64,000 nucleotides of DNA from the NCBI RefSeq assembly GCF_000150275.1, contig NW_002060945.1, positions 8,262,011 to 8,326,010 on the forward strand, given 5' to 3'. A model generated the notes under the pieces. The model was given only the letters and a program-made list of their open reading frames with translations, was not told where the DNA came from and ran no database searches. The DNA comes from Trichoplax adhaerens (lineage: Eukaryota > Animalia > Placozoa). Positions 12,261-26,000 of the stretch are shown piece by piece. The stretch's first letter is position 1; each line of letters begins with the position of its first letter. A program made the translations under genes and the position numbers.

Positions 12261-15200
12261 TTATATACCACAATCATAACTTTTCAGGACATTATTAATT
12301 CCATTCCTGAGCTTACTAATAAGCTCAATCTTATCCATGGCAGCACTCCGCATTGTTGAGTAATCTATTTGATTAGCTTCGTTAAGGAGAACTTCGTTTG
12401 CTTTTAGCTGTTTTATAACCTGCATTCGCGTATGCTTAATAGATTCTTTAATTGGATTAGTGTAGGCCTTGGCAATCTCTTTAGCTCGATCACCAGTGGC
12501 TAATTCTGAAACTACATTGGGTACACTTTGCTGTATAGCAATCAAAATTTTCCTTCTTTGTCTAGAAATTCCAGTTTTCGACCACATATAACGAGCTAAA
12601 ACTGCTATAACAACTATAGAAATGACAATACCTATGCCACCTGTTACGCCACCAATTACTCCACCAATGACGGCAGCACCAACACCTTCAGCTATAGTAA
12701 GCCCGATAGCAGCGCCGGCAGCGCTACCGCCAATAGTTCCAGTAACAATACCAACACCAGCATAAAAATTCCGCCATGATTTACTTGTTTTAGGTGATGA
12801 ATTGACGTGTAAGTCTCGTAGATCATTAAGATCAGCATCAGCTATTTGCAGCGCATTTTCTAAGCCCTCCAATACTTTTAGAATACGGCTATAATGCAAG
12901 TTTACTGATTCTCGTATTTTATTATAAAATCGCCTGAGTAACCCATTGTCTTCTTCCCAAAACGTTAATAAGCTAATAAATCGATCATCAAATAAGTTAG
13001 TAATGACCTCTTCGATATCAGTGACTTTTTCCCGAATTGGAATATCATCTAAATGCCACTTTGTCATACCAACTTCAAATCTATTACTTTTTAGAAACTG
13101 AAGCAAAGAAACAGTAATTTCTGCAGTACCATTATCGATGATTTTTTCGATATTATCATGAAAATTTTGGTCTCCTATGGTAGACCTAGCTAATGCGATG
13201 TTATTTCTTAGATTGCTTAAGTAAGAGCTCCGAATATCACCTTCTAAGAAGGAGCAATTAGTCAGCAAGCGGTATCGATTAGCAACAATACCTAATAATG
13301 TATGGAGCCAACTGTTTTACGAAAGAAAACATTGAAGGAAGATGGGTTAAATGTAGTATATTATAATAATTTTAGACGTATTTATAATCTGAGTCATATA
13401 GACAATCGACTATCTTACAAAACGAGCTTTTGCATATCTTACAAATAAGATATTGCAACGGGAGCCATAATGTTAGTTTAGGTAAAAAAAGCGGATTGAT
13501 AATATAATTAACATAGTAACCTATGAATTAATAGCTAAATTTTTTTAATTGTAAACTTACCTGGTATAATCCACAACTTTCTTCTTCAAGCTTTCTTCTA
13601 TTAAATGAGCGATAAGAGAATGAAGTACTCGTAAATCATCCGATACGAATCCGGCTTTAAAATGATTAGCAGCATTTGTACTCGACAATAATATTAATTG
13701 AGAATCATGAAAGCCAGGCCAAATTCGTCTTAACTTTTGTTTAATAGAATTTTCAACAGTATCTCTGTCTGTCTTTGGAATACTATCCCATTTATTACAT
13801 ATAAAAATAGCTGATTCCGGAGTAAATGTCTTAAATTTTTCTCTTTCCATGTTTTGCTCTTCTATTAAAAGTCTAACAAGCTGTAAGTTATGAAAGACAT
13901 TATTACTGGATAAATAAGTTCATTAATCAATTGTAAGTAAAATTCGATCATTAAAGCTTACTCGATCTTCTTGTATGCCGCCAGCATTTTCAGCATTGAT
14001 GACATAAATAATTGAAGACACCTTTGGTAAATAACATACAATTTGTTCAGTGGCCAACGCTGTTTCACCAATTCCTGGGCTATCAACTAAGAAGACACCA
14101 TCCTAACGATTCAGATACAGAAAGAGTCTTACATTAATAATTCTTTATGATACCATTAAAAAACGTTTAGCTTCTACCCCATTTAAATACTTGACGACAG
14201 TAACAGATCATTAATAGTATTTAATACATTGTATTTGTTTGTTTGAGGTTAAAAAACGAACAAAGTTTACTAATTTAAGATGCTTTATCAGACCTTAGGA
14301 CGAGTAGCTCACAAGGCAACAATAAAAGATATCCAGGTTCATATACGTTTTAACACACTGCGATACAATTATATGCGTTAAATCCGTTAAATACTAGTTT
14401 GTTATCTATATCATAAACCTAATAATGAAAAAGCAGGATTATGATCATACAGTAGGCACATTTGCTACTAAAATGCTATATTTGTACGTATTTGTATCTG
14501 TGCTGATATAGAAGCATACGGCGTAGCACACGAATATCTCAAATGCTTTCAAAATAAGAGAAAAATATGATAACATAACCGAATGTATTACCAACATAAT
14601 CCTAAATTATATATCGTCTCAAACGGATTATGATCCTTATCCAGAATTTCTCTATACCAAACCAACCTTTAGAAAATCAAACTCCCAGCAAATTTCAAGC
14701 TTCCCGTTTGATAGTTTCAAATCTTCAAAATTATTACATTCGACATGCACATCATCAATTGAGGTAGATAGTAAGGCCAATTCCTCATCATTCGTACTAT
14801 TTCCATCTAGCCCAGCAAAACCTTGACTGCTTCTTAAGCTGTCCTTGGAGTCTTTTTTTTTCGATGTCAAATGCATAACCTTTTGAATCTCAGTCATCAA
14901 ATCGGAAGTACCATTGATAGGAGTTTCTTCATGAGGCTCTAACTTTTTTTCACTTGCATTCCAAATAAAGGATTTTAAGCAGGGATTTGTAGAATAGCGT
15001 AATTCACATATACATGTAGTTGTATGTAAGTGACCGACAGGTAACACAGATTGACCTAAAATTAAATTGATCAGGCTACTCTTTCCAGCGCTGACCTCGC
15101 CTAAAATGTGTTTAGATGAACAATTAATTTTATAAACATCTTGTAAATGTATGTATTGTAACTTATATCGTGTACATAAACCATTTAAAGTTATTTGAAT

Positions 15201-15885
15201 TTCAATAGTGGATAAATAGTACGCATAGAATATTTGTCAAACCTGCGACTAAGATCGGGCATTCCATACAATGTAACTGCTTAATATGCTTATTCATATT
15301 ATCTAGATATTGTTCGTCGAAAGTTTTAACTATTTCCACAAGCTCTGGTTCCAACTCCAGGAAAATAAACTGACTTGCTCTTTGTAATAAGTCGATGATT
15401 TGAATTCTTGTTTCCTTAAATTTATCGATAGCACTTTTGATCCTTTGCGATGACTACAATAGTTAAAAGAAAATTGAGATGGAACTCTTGAGGCTTTATC
15501 TACGCATGAAACATTATGGTTACGTTGAGATAAGTTTGGTGTATGATTAATTAAATAAATTAAGTAGTATTTCAAACATAATACCACTACATGTAATTCA
15601 CAACGGACGATCGCGCCACCGGAAGCATCAAAAACTGTTATCGAATTTTATTGAGCTAAATTGAAAGGTTTAAAATTGTCATTTTCACCAAAAATTTGCA
15701 ATATTTACCGCAGAGCGTTGATAATTTTCGATGGTTTCATTCCTTCGAAGTAAATCTAGCCGTTCTTTAAAATCTTGCACAGTTTTTAACCCTTTGGTAC
15801 TGATACCATACTTTTTACATACATTTCTTCCAGCTTTTAAGCTTTGTATTTCATCGACCTCATTTTGAGTTATTATGTATCCCAT
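12261..15885 (-). CDS. Tandem paralogue: dynamin-like GTPase with glycine-zipper transmembrane hairpin, 777 aa, 6 coding exons
   Basis: Exons 15885-15709, 15453-15243, 15100-14667, 14102-13962, 13880-13561, 13311-12261 (2334 nt, open). GEVSAGKS, HTTT, DSPG and NKWD are present. Exon sizes 177/211/141/320 are identical to the 5403-9150 gene. Confidence 0.9.
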
Positions 15886-18429
15886 CCTGGACCAATAAAC
15901 CTAATAACAGCTGACTTTATTCCAAGTCAAAATACCGTTTAATTCTGTCACTCGATTACTCCTTCATTGAAAATATAAAGATAAAAAGGATGATTTAATT
16001 GTCAACTTTAGGTGTCTTTAACGAATGAGGGGAAATGAATGCATGCAAGTTTGATAAATAAAAAGCGTATCATGACTATTATTTTAAATAAGGTTCAGCG
16101 TCTAAACGTTAGAATTGGTAAGAGTTTGCGGCACATACAGACAGCGTGTGTATTGCATACAGTTTTTCAACTATTAGAATAAAGGAGCAACCTTCAAACT
16201 TATTTTTTGCTGCTGCAGCTACGATGTGGTGCTAAAATAAAGTTTACAGCATATCAGATTAACTTTAAACATAAAATTAAATTTCAAGTTATCCTTGAAT
16301 GACTATTCAATGAATACCTCGATATACGCAAGTCATCAATGGTATAATTTTCACTCAAATCACGATGAATTGGGAGCAATAGTATCCACTGCATACAAAA
16401 ATTAATTGCGAGTATTTCAGTTAATATAGTCGTATTTTGACTGATAGACTGATCGAGCATTGATAGCTACTTCGTTAATAAGATGTTTTATTTTATACTT
16501 TGTTACTTCAATTTTTCTTCAAATCTGGCAAATAAGCTCGATGTGATGTCAAGCAGTAATGCTTGTATCTAGAAACCTTTCGAGACTGAGATTTATTCGG
16601 CAAATTCAATGCACTCCTACCCTTACGTGTGCAATCACGTTTATTGCTTGGCAGTAGTGTAAACAATAATATATAAATTATGATTTACTTTTCGAAAGTA
16701 TTTATTCTACGGTTTAGTATTATCCTAGAAATACGTATATTACAACGTTTCTAAATGCCCATGAACAACAACAGAAGGCGGAAGTTGAAAGTCATTTTAA
16801 ATAAAATAGATTTAAAGGGTAGCATTTGACTGTAGCACGGGCATCGCAATCAAACTCGTACTATCTGTACATCAATTTCATGATATTCTTGCCAAACATT
16901 GAAATATTAAAGTATTTCACCAGACCAACTTCTGCGTAATACGTCATCGATCATTTTAACAGCTTAGAGTAATATCAAATCGAAAGTAATACAGTACTAT
17001 ATCTCTCTAAAGACTGTCAATATATCATGTTTAGTTCACGATCAAATCACAATTAATGCAATCTTTAAAATTGATAAAGTTCCTCGGCTGCAACCTATGT
17101 GATATATTGTAGTAGTAAGTTCATGTCATGTCGGTTAAAATTGCTGCTATAAGGATTCATACAGTATTACGATGATCATTATTTATTAGTTATAGAGAGC
17201 GTTTTGTTGTCGGTAGTATCGATGGTGATTGCTGGTGATGTAGACTAAATTACTCTTAGAGTGTAGTAATAAATCCCTATCCAGAGATGCATTTTACCGT
17301 ACTACGATGCCGTATCGCTTTTATTCCATTTCCATCTCTGTACAAGCTCGAGTAGACAATAATTTGGGAAAATAAAATTGTAGTCTCATTTTTTAGGGCG
17401 TGACTAATTGCAATAGAAAAAATATTCTTCTATCAGATATACAGTATAATGAGCGATAAAACATTTTACAAATTAATGTTCCCCTTCTTAAGGAAAAAAG
17501 AAAGCATGATTAAACTTGATGGAGCAATAGCCTTTGACATAGTCGTATCTGAATCGTTATTCTATAAATAATTTAATTAAAAGTGGTCAAATTAATCGCA
17601 CATCAGCAAGGACTACAAGGTGATGCATTGATTGTATTATAATTTATTCTTCGAAATTTCTGTCCGCTTAACATTAGCGTGTTATTATGGCAAAGGTCGA
17701 CCAAACAAAATATTTCAAAATTGAATGCTGAACACGTCTAATTCTTAATCGATTGTAAGGCTACGTAGTGACCAAACAATTTTTAGTTACGCCTATCATG
17801 TCTGTAGAATAAAGGCTGGCCCTATCTGCTCGGTTTCAAACAGCTACTAACTTTAGCAGATTGGAGTTGTAATTTTAGAATCATCGCCACTCCATTTTCT
17901 AGATTAGAGTACGCGTATAAGTTAGTACTGATAAGTGTTATCGTAGTTTAAGGAGGAGGTTAACGATGCATTTGAAATCCGCTTAAGATAAAAGTAATCT
18001 GCTTACAGGAAATTTACGGTCGACCATTTCAACAGTACAGCATGATGAAATCGTTATGATGTAAAAACTCTAAATTGGAGTGTCAAGTTTATTATGCTTT
18101 CATGGTAACTATCTCTACTATACAGTACTTCAATATTTATTTGTATAATTAAAGATAAGATTATTGAATGCCTTGTTTATTACCAACAAAATACCCTACT
18201 ACACTTATTTCGATATTCATTAGCCGTTCAATTTCATGGAATCATGACTATTTATAAGAATTGCAGTAGAAACTTTAACGTATACGTAGTTGTATTGCAA
18301 TCAGGCTTGACTCTATTTACTCCGCATTCAATAGTTCATTATACAGTTATTAAATTACGCACCTGCTCTATTTCTACCGAAACGATGAAGACGTTCAATC
18401 AATCAGACTACATTACAAATATATCCATT

Positions 18430-19260
18430 TCAAGGCTACTAGCAAGCAATGCTGCAGAATCTTTCAAAATTAGCAACCAATCAACCGCATCAAGTTATCA
18501 CGACGGATTGATTCTATCTTCATGATGAGATAGTTGGACATGTTTTAACATAGAAGGATGACAGATCCAATCGATTGGATTTAGAAAAAGTAACGACTGC
18601 AGTTGAGAATAATTAGTCCAGGGTATCATCAATGCATTACTTAACAATATTTAAGTTGTTATAATGAATCAATTGTACCCCTAATGATGAGATAGTTAGG
18701 CATGTTTTAACATGACAGTTCAAATGGATTGAATTTGGAAAAAGCAACGACCGCAATGAAGAGTAATTATCCCAGGCTATCATTCATGCTTCATTCCTAG
18801 AACAGTATTCATGCTGTCATACTGGGCCAATGGATCGATTCTACCCTGATGATGAGATGTTGGACATGCTTTTAACATTGCAAGAGAAGAGAGTCTCAAC
18901 GGATTGAATTTGAAAATACAACGACTACAGTAGAGAACAATCATTCCAGACTATCATTAATACATCATTCAACAGTAATGAAGTTGTCATGATTGATTGA
19001 TTCTACCCGGATATTGAGCTCGTAAAAGACGTTTGAACGAACATAAAAGGATAATAGTCAAAATGGGTTAAAAATAGGAAAAAGGAACAACTGTAATAAA
19101 GAGTAATGATTCAGGGTTATCATTAGTGCATCCTTCAGCAGTCTTCAAGTGGTCATGATTGATCGATTATACCCTACGGATGAGATCATTCAATTTGTTC
19201 GCTTGATGATAGAAGGATGTAAGTTCAAATGGTTGAATTTGAAAAAAAGTAACAGACTGC
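18430..19260. repeat. Degenerate tandem repeat, about 5 units of 161-166 bp
   Basis: The anchor GATTCTACCC..GATGAGAT recurs at 18510, 18671, 18837, 18999 and 19165. Each is followed by TTCAAATGG(A/T)TTGAATTT(G)GAAAAA-like blocks and, in units 1-4, CCAGG(C/G)TATCATT-like blocks. Confidence 0.85.
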
Positions 19261-19569
19261 CATGGCGAATTCCTCCTTCATGGCCAGTTAATATCCATTC
19301 AACGATACACTACTGTATATCAACTCAACCATGATAGACTGTGGCAAAATGGCAAAGTCATAACTTACGGTTATTTTATAGAGGTCTGCTAGTATGATGA
19401 TAAAAAGTTGGAGAAGATCTTGAATAATGATGGTTCTATACAATTGGGGCATCAATTAAAATAGACGGCCTACAAATTTTCACGAATTTCGATGATGAAA
19501 AGTGATGTTGAAATAAACAATCCAGCGCTTGCAACGATGGAATATCGGCAAACCATTTTACAAGTTACG

Positions 19570-19830
19570 TCATACTGTGAGACCGGTCAACATCGTCGAT
19601 GTGTTCAAACCCCCTGGTCCAGTGTCCAACTGTCCAGTGCCCAGGATACAGTACACAGTTCGGTACAGTACTGTACACTGTACACTGTACTGTACACGAC
19701 GGCCATCTTCTCCGGCGACATGGACTTCAGTAGCAAAATCAGGTCTTTTTGCGCATGAGTAGTCCAGAGTAGCGATATACAGTACTGTCATGGTACCGTA
19801 CAGTATCGGACAGACCGATACATGATCCTT
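19570..19830. promoter_or_regulatory. GC-richer patch with palindromic ACAGTACTGT motifs; candidate promoter of the GTPase-pseudokinase gene
   Basis: Perfect palindrome GTACAGTACTGTAC at 19663-19676, repeated ACTGTAC/ACAGTAC, YY1-like GCCATCTT at 19702 and TGCGCAT at 19750. Lies about 300-500 bp upstream of the inferred ATG at 20099. Confidence 0.35.
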
Positions 19831-20098
19831 CTAGGGTCTGGGTGAGCATTTGGTGAACAAGAAAGGATAAACGCCAGCGGAGATTGCTGCCAGTTCCCAA
19901 TATAAACTGCCAGAATCCACTTCAAATACAAACTCTCGAGAGAGAAATCGATCGATATCGATTTTAGCCTAGTTAAACTAATCTCTACTATTGTAATTGA
20001 AGTCTTTTCAACGCCAATGGATTCTTCTGCTTCCTTTCCGTTTAAGCCATCATCATCCATTCAATGAGGAAACAACCTGGTCAACATTGATCACCATA

Positions 20099-23000
20099 AT
20101 GAATAACACAGGTAAAAACTTGCATGGACTCGTCTACCTACTAAATTTAGTCAGGTATTTGTCAGAGAAAGGGAATCTCTCTTACAAGCCCTTCCTCTAG
20201 TCATGTTACTCTATTTATAGTCTAACGCATTATCAATACAATGGCTGATAAACTATATTTTACCCAATGAGAATATTGCTATCATTCCTAATTTAAAACC
20301 CTAATATTCATTACAATGACAAAGAATTCTGGCTGATCATAATTCAATCTTAGCTGAACTGGAAGTAGTTACTAAAACTGCTAAATTGAGCCTGTTATCT
20401 AGATGTATATATACTGAACATATCAAATAGGAGGCTACTTCATTTCAGAATAACCTTTAAAATTAGGCTATAAATGAGAGAGAGAATCCTAACTTGTCCC
20501 AATTCAATCTCAGTTGGAGCAATCGTAGCCAAACTCGAAACGGTTACGAAAGTCAATAAAGTTTTTACGATAGTATGCTGATAATGTGATATTATATTTG
20601 TACGCCTTCCTCACGGCTCGCTCTAGATTCGCTCTAAATGCCTATACTAGGCATATCAAAATAGAGAAAGCTGCTTCATTTTAGAATAATTTCTAAAATT
20701 CGATTATAGATCAGAAACAATTCTAATATATCCTAATTGAATTTTAGTTGAATCACTTTTAGCTGAAATTGAAGCAGTTACTGAAGTCGATGAAGTTTTC
20801 GATATTGCCGATCGATTGGAATTAGATGTTGATGGAGATGATTTCTCATCATTAAAGATTCAAGTTAAGCAGCATTTACTCCAACTGCTGTCCGATACAG
20901 ATCAAACTACGTATCTAGAAGTAAGTAATAACTACAACTAACTTCATAAGTACTTTCAGCTAAATACAAATAGCTAGATATGAGCTAATATTGTAATTGT
21001 ATGCCTTTACTTCTATTATCTTATCTCCGGAAAAATATCTTTACCCATGATCGACGTAATGATACTAACGTTATTAAGATCAACTACTTATTCTTAAAAC
21101 TGTCATAGATTGCAGCCTTTATGGTAGCATTAGCAAATAATAACAATTATCATTTGCTGATGCTAAATCTAAATAATATTGTCATAAATACCTGGCTATT
21201 ACTTACAGTACGGTAATCTCGTTGAACTTCTTCTCAATTTTTTCGATATAAATAAAAGCATCGTACACCATCAGATGCAAATTAACCTAATCAATTTTAA
21301 CATTCTCTTCACAGTCTACAGTACATTACAAGTAATATTACCAGCTATTCAATGATAGCAAATCACGTAAAATATACACGTATATACGGTATACTATACA
21401 TTAACTATGGTCGCTTATGTTGTTGTTGTACTGTAGTATCTACTCATCATCAACCAGCCTCGTTTCATTCAAAGTGTAACACCACAAAGATTGCATTGAT
21501 ATTGCTACATCGTCTTGACTTGAAGTAATCTTTACTTATACAATTAATTTTCTGTAGGAGGTTAAGAAGGTAAATGCTGTAAGTGTTGATGACAATGAAG
21601 CTAGAAACACATTATCAAAACTTTACGCAAGTATTAAAGCCCTAGCGGAGAAGTTTGATAAATCGTTTGCCGGTGGAAGCAACTATCCTTGTAAGGAATA
21701 CGTGGAAGATATGCAAAGTGATTATTCCTTACTATTGGAAGAATTTAAATATCCAATTCTTGTTACGGGTAAACGATTACAATTATTTCTAAATTAGTAA
21801 TATTGCACCCTTGTATGCCGTTGAAATGTGAATTTATGGTGAACTTTAACCATGAGTATCTCGGTTTCGATTATAAGTTTTAGTGTACGTATGTTTAGTT
21901 AAATTCAAAATTGATTGCTATGCTAATAGGTCTTGCATTAAATATTAGGTGAAACTAGCGCTGGGAAGTCTTCCTTACTAAACTATCTACTTGGCGTTGA
22001 TTTATTATCGGTTCACACACTAAGTTGTACTAATAGAATATGTGAAATAACGTACGGAGAAGAGCCAAAAATTAAATTGGTAAATGCCTACGATGGCAAA
22101 GTGTTCTATACTGAAAGTTGGACCGCAGACAATAAGGACATTGCTATAAAAGAAATTCAGTCTCTAATATCTGAAAGGGAAACTCTGCAAGGCTCTAATA
22201 GTAATCATGAAATGAAGTCAAGTGAAGACGCACCTTATTCACTAGTTAGAATATATTGGCCATCTGAATTTCTTGAGGTACTATGGCAATTGTTGTAGTT
22301 TTTAATGACGTATATCGCATTAGTAGTATTATGTATCATTTTTTATTTATTATGCGTTTACCTATATAGAAAGATAAATAAATTTTCTTACTCTCTTTAA
22401 TTACAATCTTATGAATCATTTACAAAGTTGTAAAAACTTTTCGCAACGAATACCATCGTAATAAGATTTAGATCAAAATGCACATTTTATAAATACACTA
22501 GGATATGTATACTATACAGTGTATGTCGCTATGTCAAGAATATTCACAAGTGCACCATCGGCGTAGGCCGAGACTATAAAAGTCGAGCACTAGCTTAGCT
22601 GCTCAGTTCCATTTAGTCACTTGCAGGATCACTTGACTATTATTGCTAAGAATATTCTTACCTTTTTCTTTAGTACATTTTACGACTAAGATTAACGTAA
22701 ATAAAATGAAGTATTTAAACCTATTACTCATTAGTAGCTTATTTGTGTAGCTGAGAGTTAGTTCAACTACGATAGGTCCTTAAGTTAGTTGGAAACACAA
22801 GTACTAGTGAAGATAGTATTTAAGACCCGTTTTCTAGTTACAAAGGAGATTTGTAACAAATAGCAACTTGAATATTTATATAGTAATTGATATACTTATT
22901 TACTATAGTTTACCAGACTGTATTGGAACAACCATGATTCATAATCGTGTAGAGTGATCTAAATAATTTGTAAAACATATTTATTTCCTCAGAGTGGCAT

Positions 23001-26000
23001 ACTGGTCGTTGACAGTCCAGGAATTGGTGAGAAGAAAGAAGTACCGCACGCCTTGAGAAGCTACATTTTTAGAGCTGTTGCGTACATCATTGTCGTCAAT
23101 TCTGCCAATGCTGGAGGAATTCAGGCAGCTAGGGTAAAGTGCTTAATTATACGTTAATGTAGGAGATTGCGATTTATAAATATCTTTTATTTAATTTTGT
23201 TAGCTTCAAAAATTACTACAACAAATATCAGGTGTGCTAAGAAATGATGGGTATTTAAATTTTAATCCTTCTATGGCACTATTTATATGTAATAAATGGG
23301 ATACTGTAGCCGTACCGGAAAGAGAGCTTGTAAAAACTGATAGTATCACCAAGTTGAAGCGGTGCTGGCCAGGTATGATCCAAACCCAAATAATATTTCT
23401 ATCCATCAAAGAATTGTTGATGGCTAGAGCCGCCAATAATAATGCATTGGTACCACCCGAAGTTGTGCAACTATTCGAAATGCTTCGTGATTTGATTCCT
23501 ATTAGTCGAAAACAGAAATTATCGAAATCCTACAGGTGAACGTGATTAAACTATTAGCTTAGAAATGGTTATTCAATCTAAATTTCAAATATTAAATTTA
23601 AAATACTATCTGATTAGAGTTCTGTCTTGGATTAAATAAATCGTATTTAATATTTACTGTTCATTTTTAAGCTTTATGGCTGCTTTCGTTGAAGGTGTAC
23701 AAGAAACATGTCGATGTTATCTTCTGAGGGCAAAATCAATGGAGAGCGAACTAAAGGAAGATAAATCAAGATTAAAACTATTGGAAACAACAACGCAAAA
23801 GTGTATGAAAGAATTAGTTACGGAAAAAAATGCATTAATAAACGCTCTCATTGCAAAGTATCGGAAATTTGTTGAAAGTCTGAATAATGAATCCATAGTA
23901 AGTTGGTCGGAAAATGACCTTTTAGATGAAGAATTTGATGAAGATAATTTAATGAAATTACAAGAACATGCCGTTCTTAAAGTTAGGCAACGCTTAAATA
24001 ATCATTTAGAACTTGTTGCACAAGAGATACATGAAGATCTTCAGATAGCAAAAGACTTATTGTTAGAAAAATTTACCACGAGACTTGATGAAATTTTTGA
24101 TCAGACTCAGTCAAAATTAGTTGAATCAGCTGATATCGAAAATGATACACAAACGAATGACTTCTACTTAGATCCAAGAACTGGGTATTCGAAATTCTCA
24201 GAATTATACGGATTATACGATGTATGGACTAATATGACCGCGGCAAGGAGGGCTGCATTTATCCTTACAAGTCCTGTATGGGTGGCCCCAGCATTCATAG
24301 CTAGCCCTATCTACTATATTACAAAGTTGGTGAAAACCCGAAATCAACAAGAAGAGATTCAGAAATTTAAACAAAACAAACCTGAAGAAATGAAAGCTAT
24401 CACGCTTCTAATTCTTGACCATATCGGTTCAGAAAACTTTGCAAGAAAATTTGTTGTTGAGAAATTTGATTCATTAGCAACTTCTCTACTAAACAGTGTT
24501 AAAAGTACAATACTAAAATCTTTGCAAAGTAGAATTGATACCATTAAAACGGCTTTAAAGGATAAACGATGCCCTAAAGAAATCAACAAGCTTTATAAAC
24601 CGCTCAAAGAAGATGCTCGAAAACTATTAATAAATTTAAACAACTTTTACTTACAAGAATTAAGTGAATCATCGATTAAATTCAAAGATCTACAGGGATT
24701 CAATGAAGAATCTACCCCACTGTCATTAGGATTAAAAGTAAAATTATATCGGGCAACGCTGCACAAAAATGATGAAGAAAAGAACGTTATTATACAAGTC
24801 CCTGTTGACAAATCTATGCGTGATATGCATGAATTTGTCAGTAATTGCCAGATTATCAGGTAACCTTTTAATTAATGCATAAAATAATAAGCTAATTACT
24901 TTTCATTGTACAGTGGTTAAAGTAGCTTATAATTGATTCCTACAGTTATGTCAATTGATACTTTATCTCTTACATGGCGAATAATATCGTTACTATCTGA
25001 TCTTTTAATCACCTTATTAGTACTCTGGAATCGCAAAATGTCTTGAAATTTTTAAGTATCTGCTATACTCCACCACCAACAATAACGGCAATTGGAATTT
25101 TCGAAAATTGTAATTCAACCCTTCGAGACTTGATCTTATACAATGAAACAATTGTTAGTGAAAGCGACTCAGATACTATTCGTTTCAGAAAGATTTATTC
25201 CATGGTTAATCAAATTATACAAGGCATCGTATATTTACATGCGAAAGAATTGATTCATGCCCACTTAACGACTGAAAATGTATTGGTATGTTATATAGCT
25301 TGTTTTATATTAATAAAATTTAGTAGCCATTAATGTCTCAAAGCTGTTCGCCAAAAAGCAGTTAAAGAAATACTGCACTATATTTATCGATTTGAACCTA
25401 GTAATTATACTCGAGAGGTAATAGTCATTAAAGTATTAAACATTATATAGTGATGGCATTTAATGATCAGTTTTATTGATGATAGGTTTCGTTAGACAAA
25501 GATCAGCACAAATTAAAGCTGTGCCATGCAACGAAACAATGCACACTCTACGAAGACATTGATTTTGAAGAGTCAATAATCCCCTATTTGGCCCCTGAAG
25601 TTTTAAAAAGTAGATATATTTCTTTTTTTATTTATTAATACAATATCTAAGATAAATAGGCATGTGGAAATATCGAAAGCCTTAGCTACGATAACCTGGT
25701 TTATGATGCAAACCTTATCTTTTAGCAAATAGTATATCATCTCTAGCTTACTACGTGTTATTAAATCATTCTAGGCTATTATTATAAAGAGGCTTCAGAT
25801 GTCTACAGCTTTGCAATATTGTTTTGGGAAGTTTGGTACTGGAAATTGGTGACTAATTTGTTTGACTGGAATACTAATACCTGCCATAGTCAAAAAATAA
25901 GCGATCTGTTCAAAATGCATAAACTTACTCCTAAACCTCATAGAAATGTAGACGGAATATGTTTAGATTCCTTGGCTATTAATCCCAATGAAAGACCAGA

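Noticed and set aside
5403-15885. Calling the zipper GTPases mitofusin (MFN) orthologues
   Set aside because: Motifs fit the wider mitofusin/BDLP-like class, but shared introns with the pseudokinase fusion, the Gly-zipper and tandem duplication argue against assigning the symbol without a phylogeny.
18430-19260. CRISPR-like array
   Set aside because: Units are homologous along their whole length with no unique spacers, repeats are degenerate, there are no cas genes and the context is eukaryotic.
19492-20060. Overlapping ORFs in the GC-richer patch
   Set aside because: Explained by low stop density in palindromic, GC-richer sequence; no recognisable protein.
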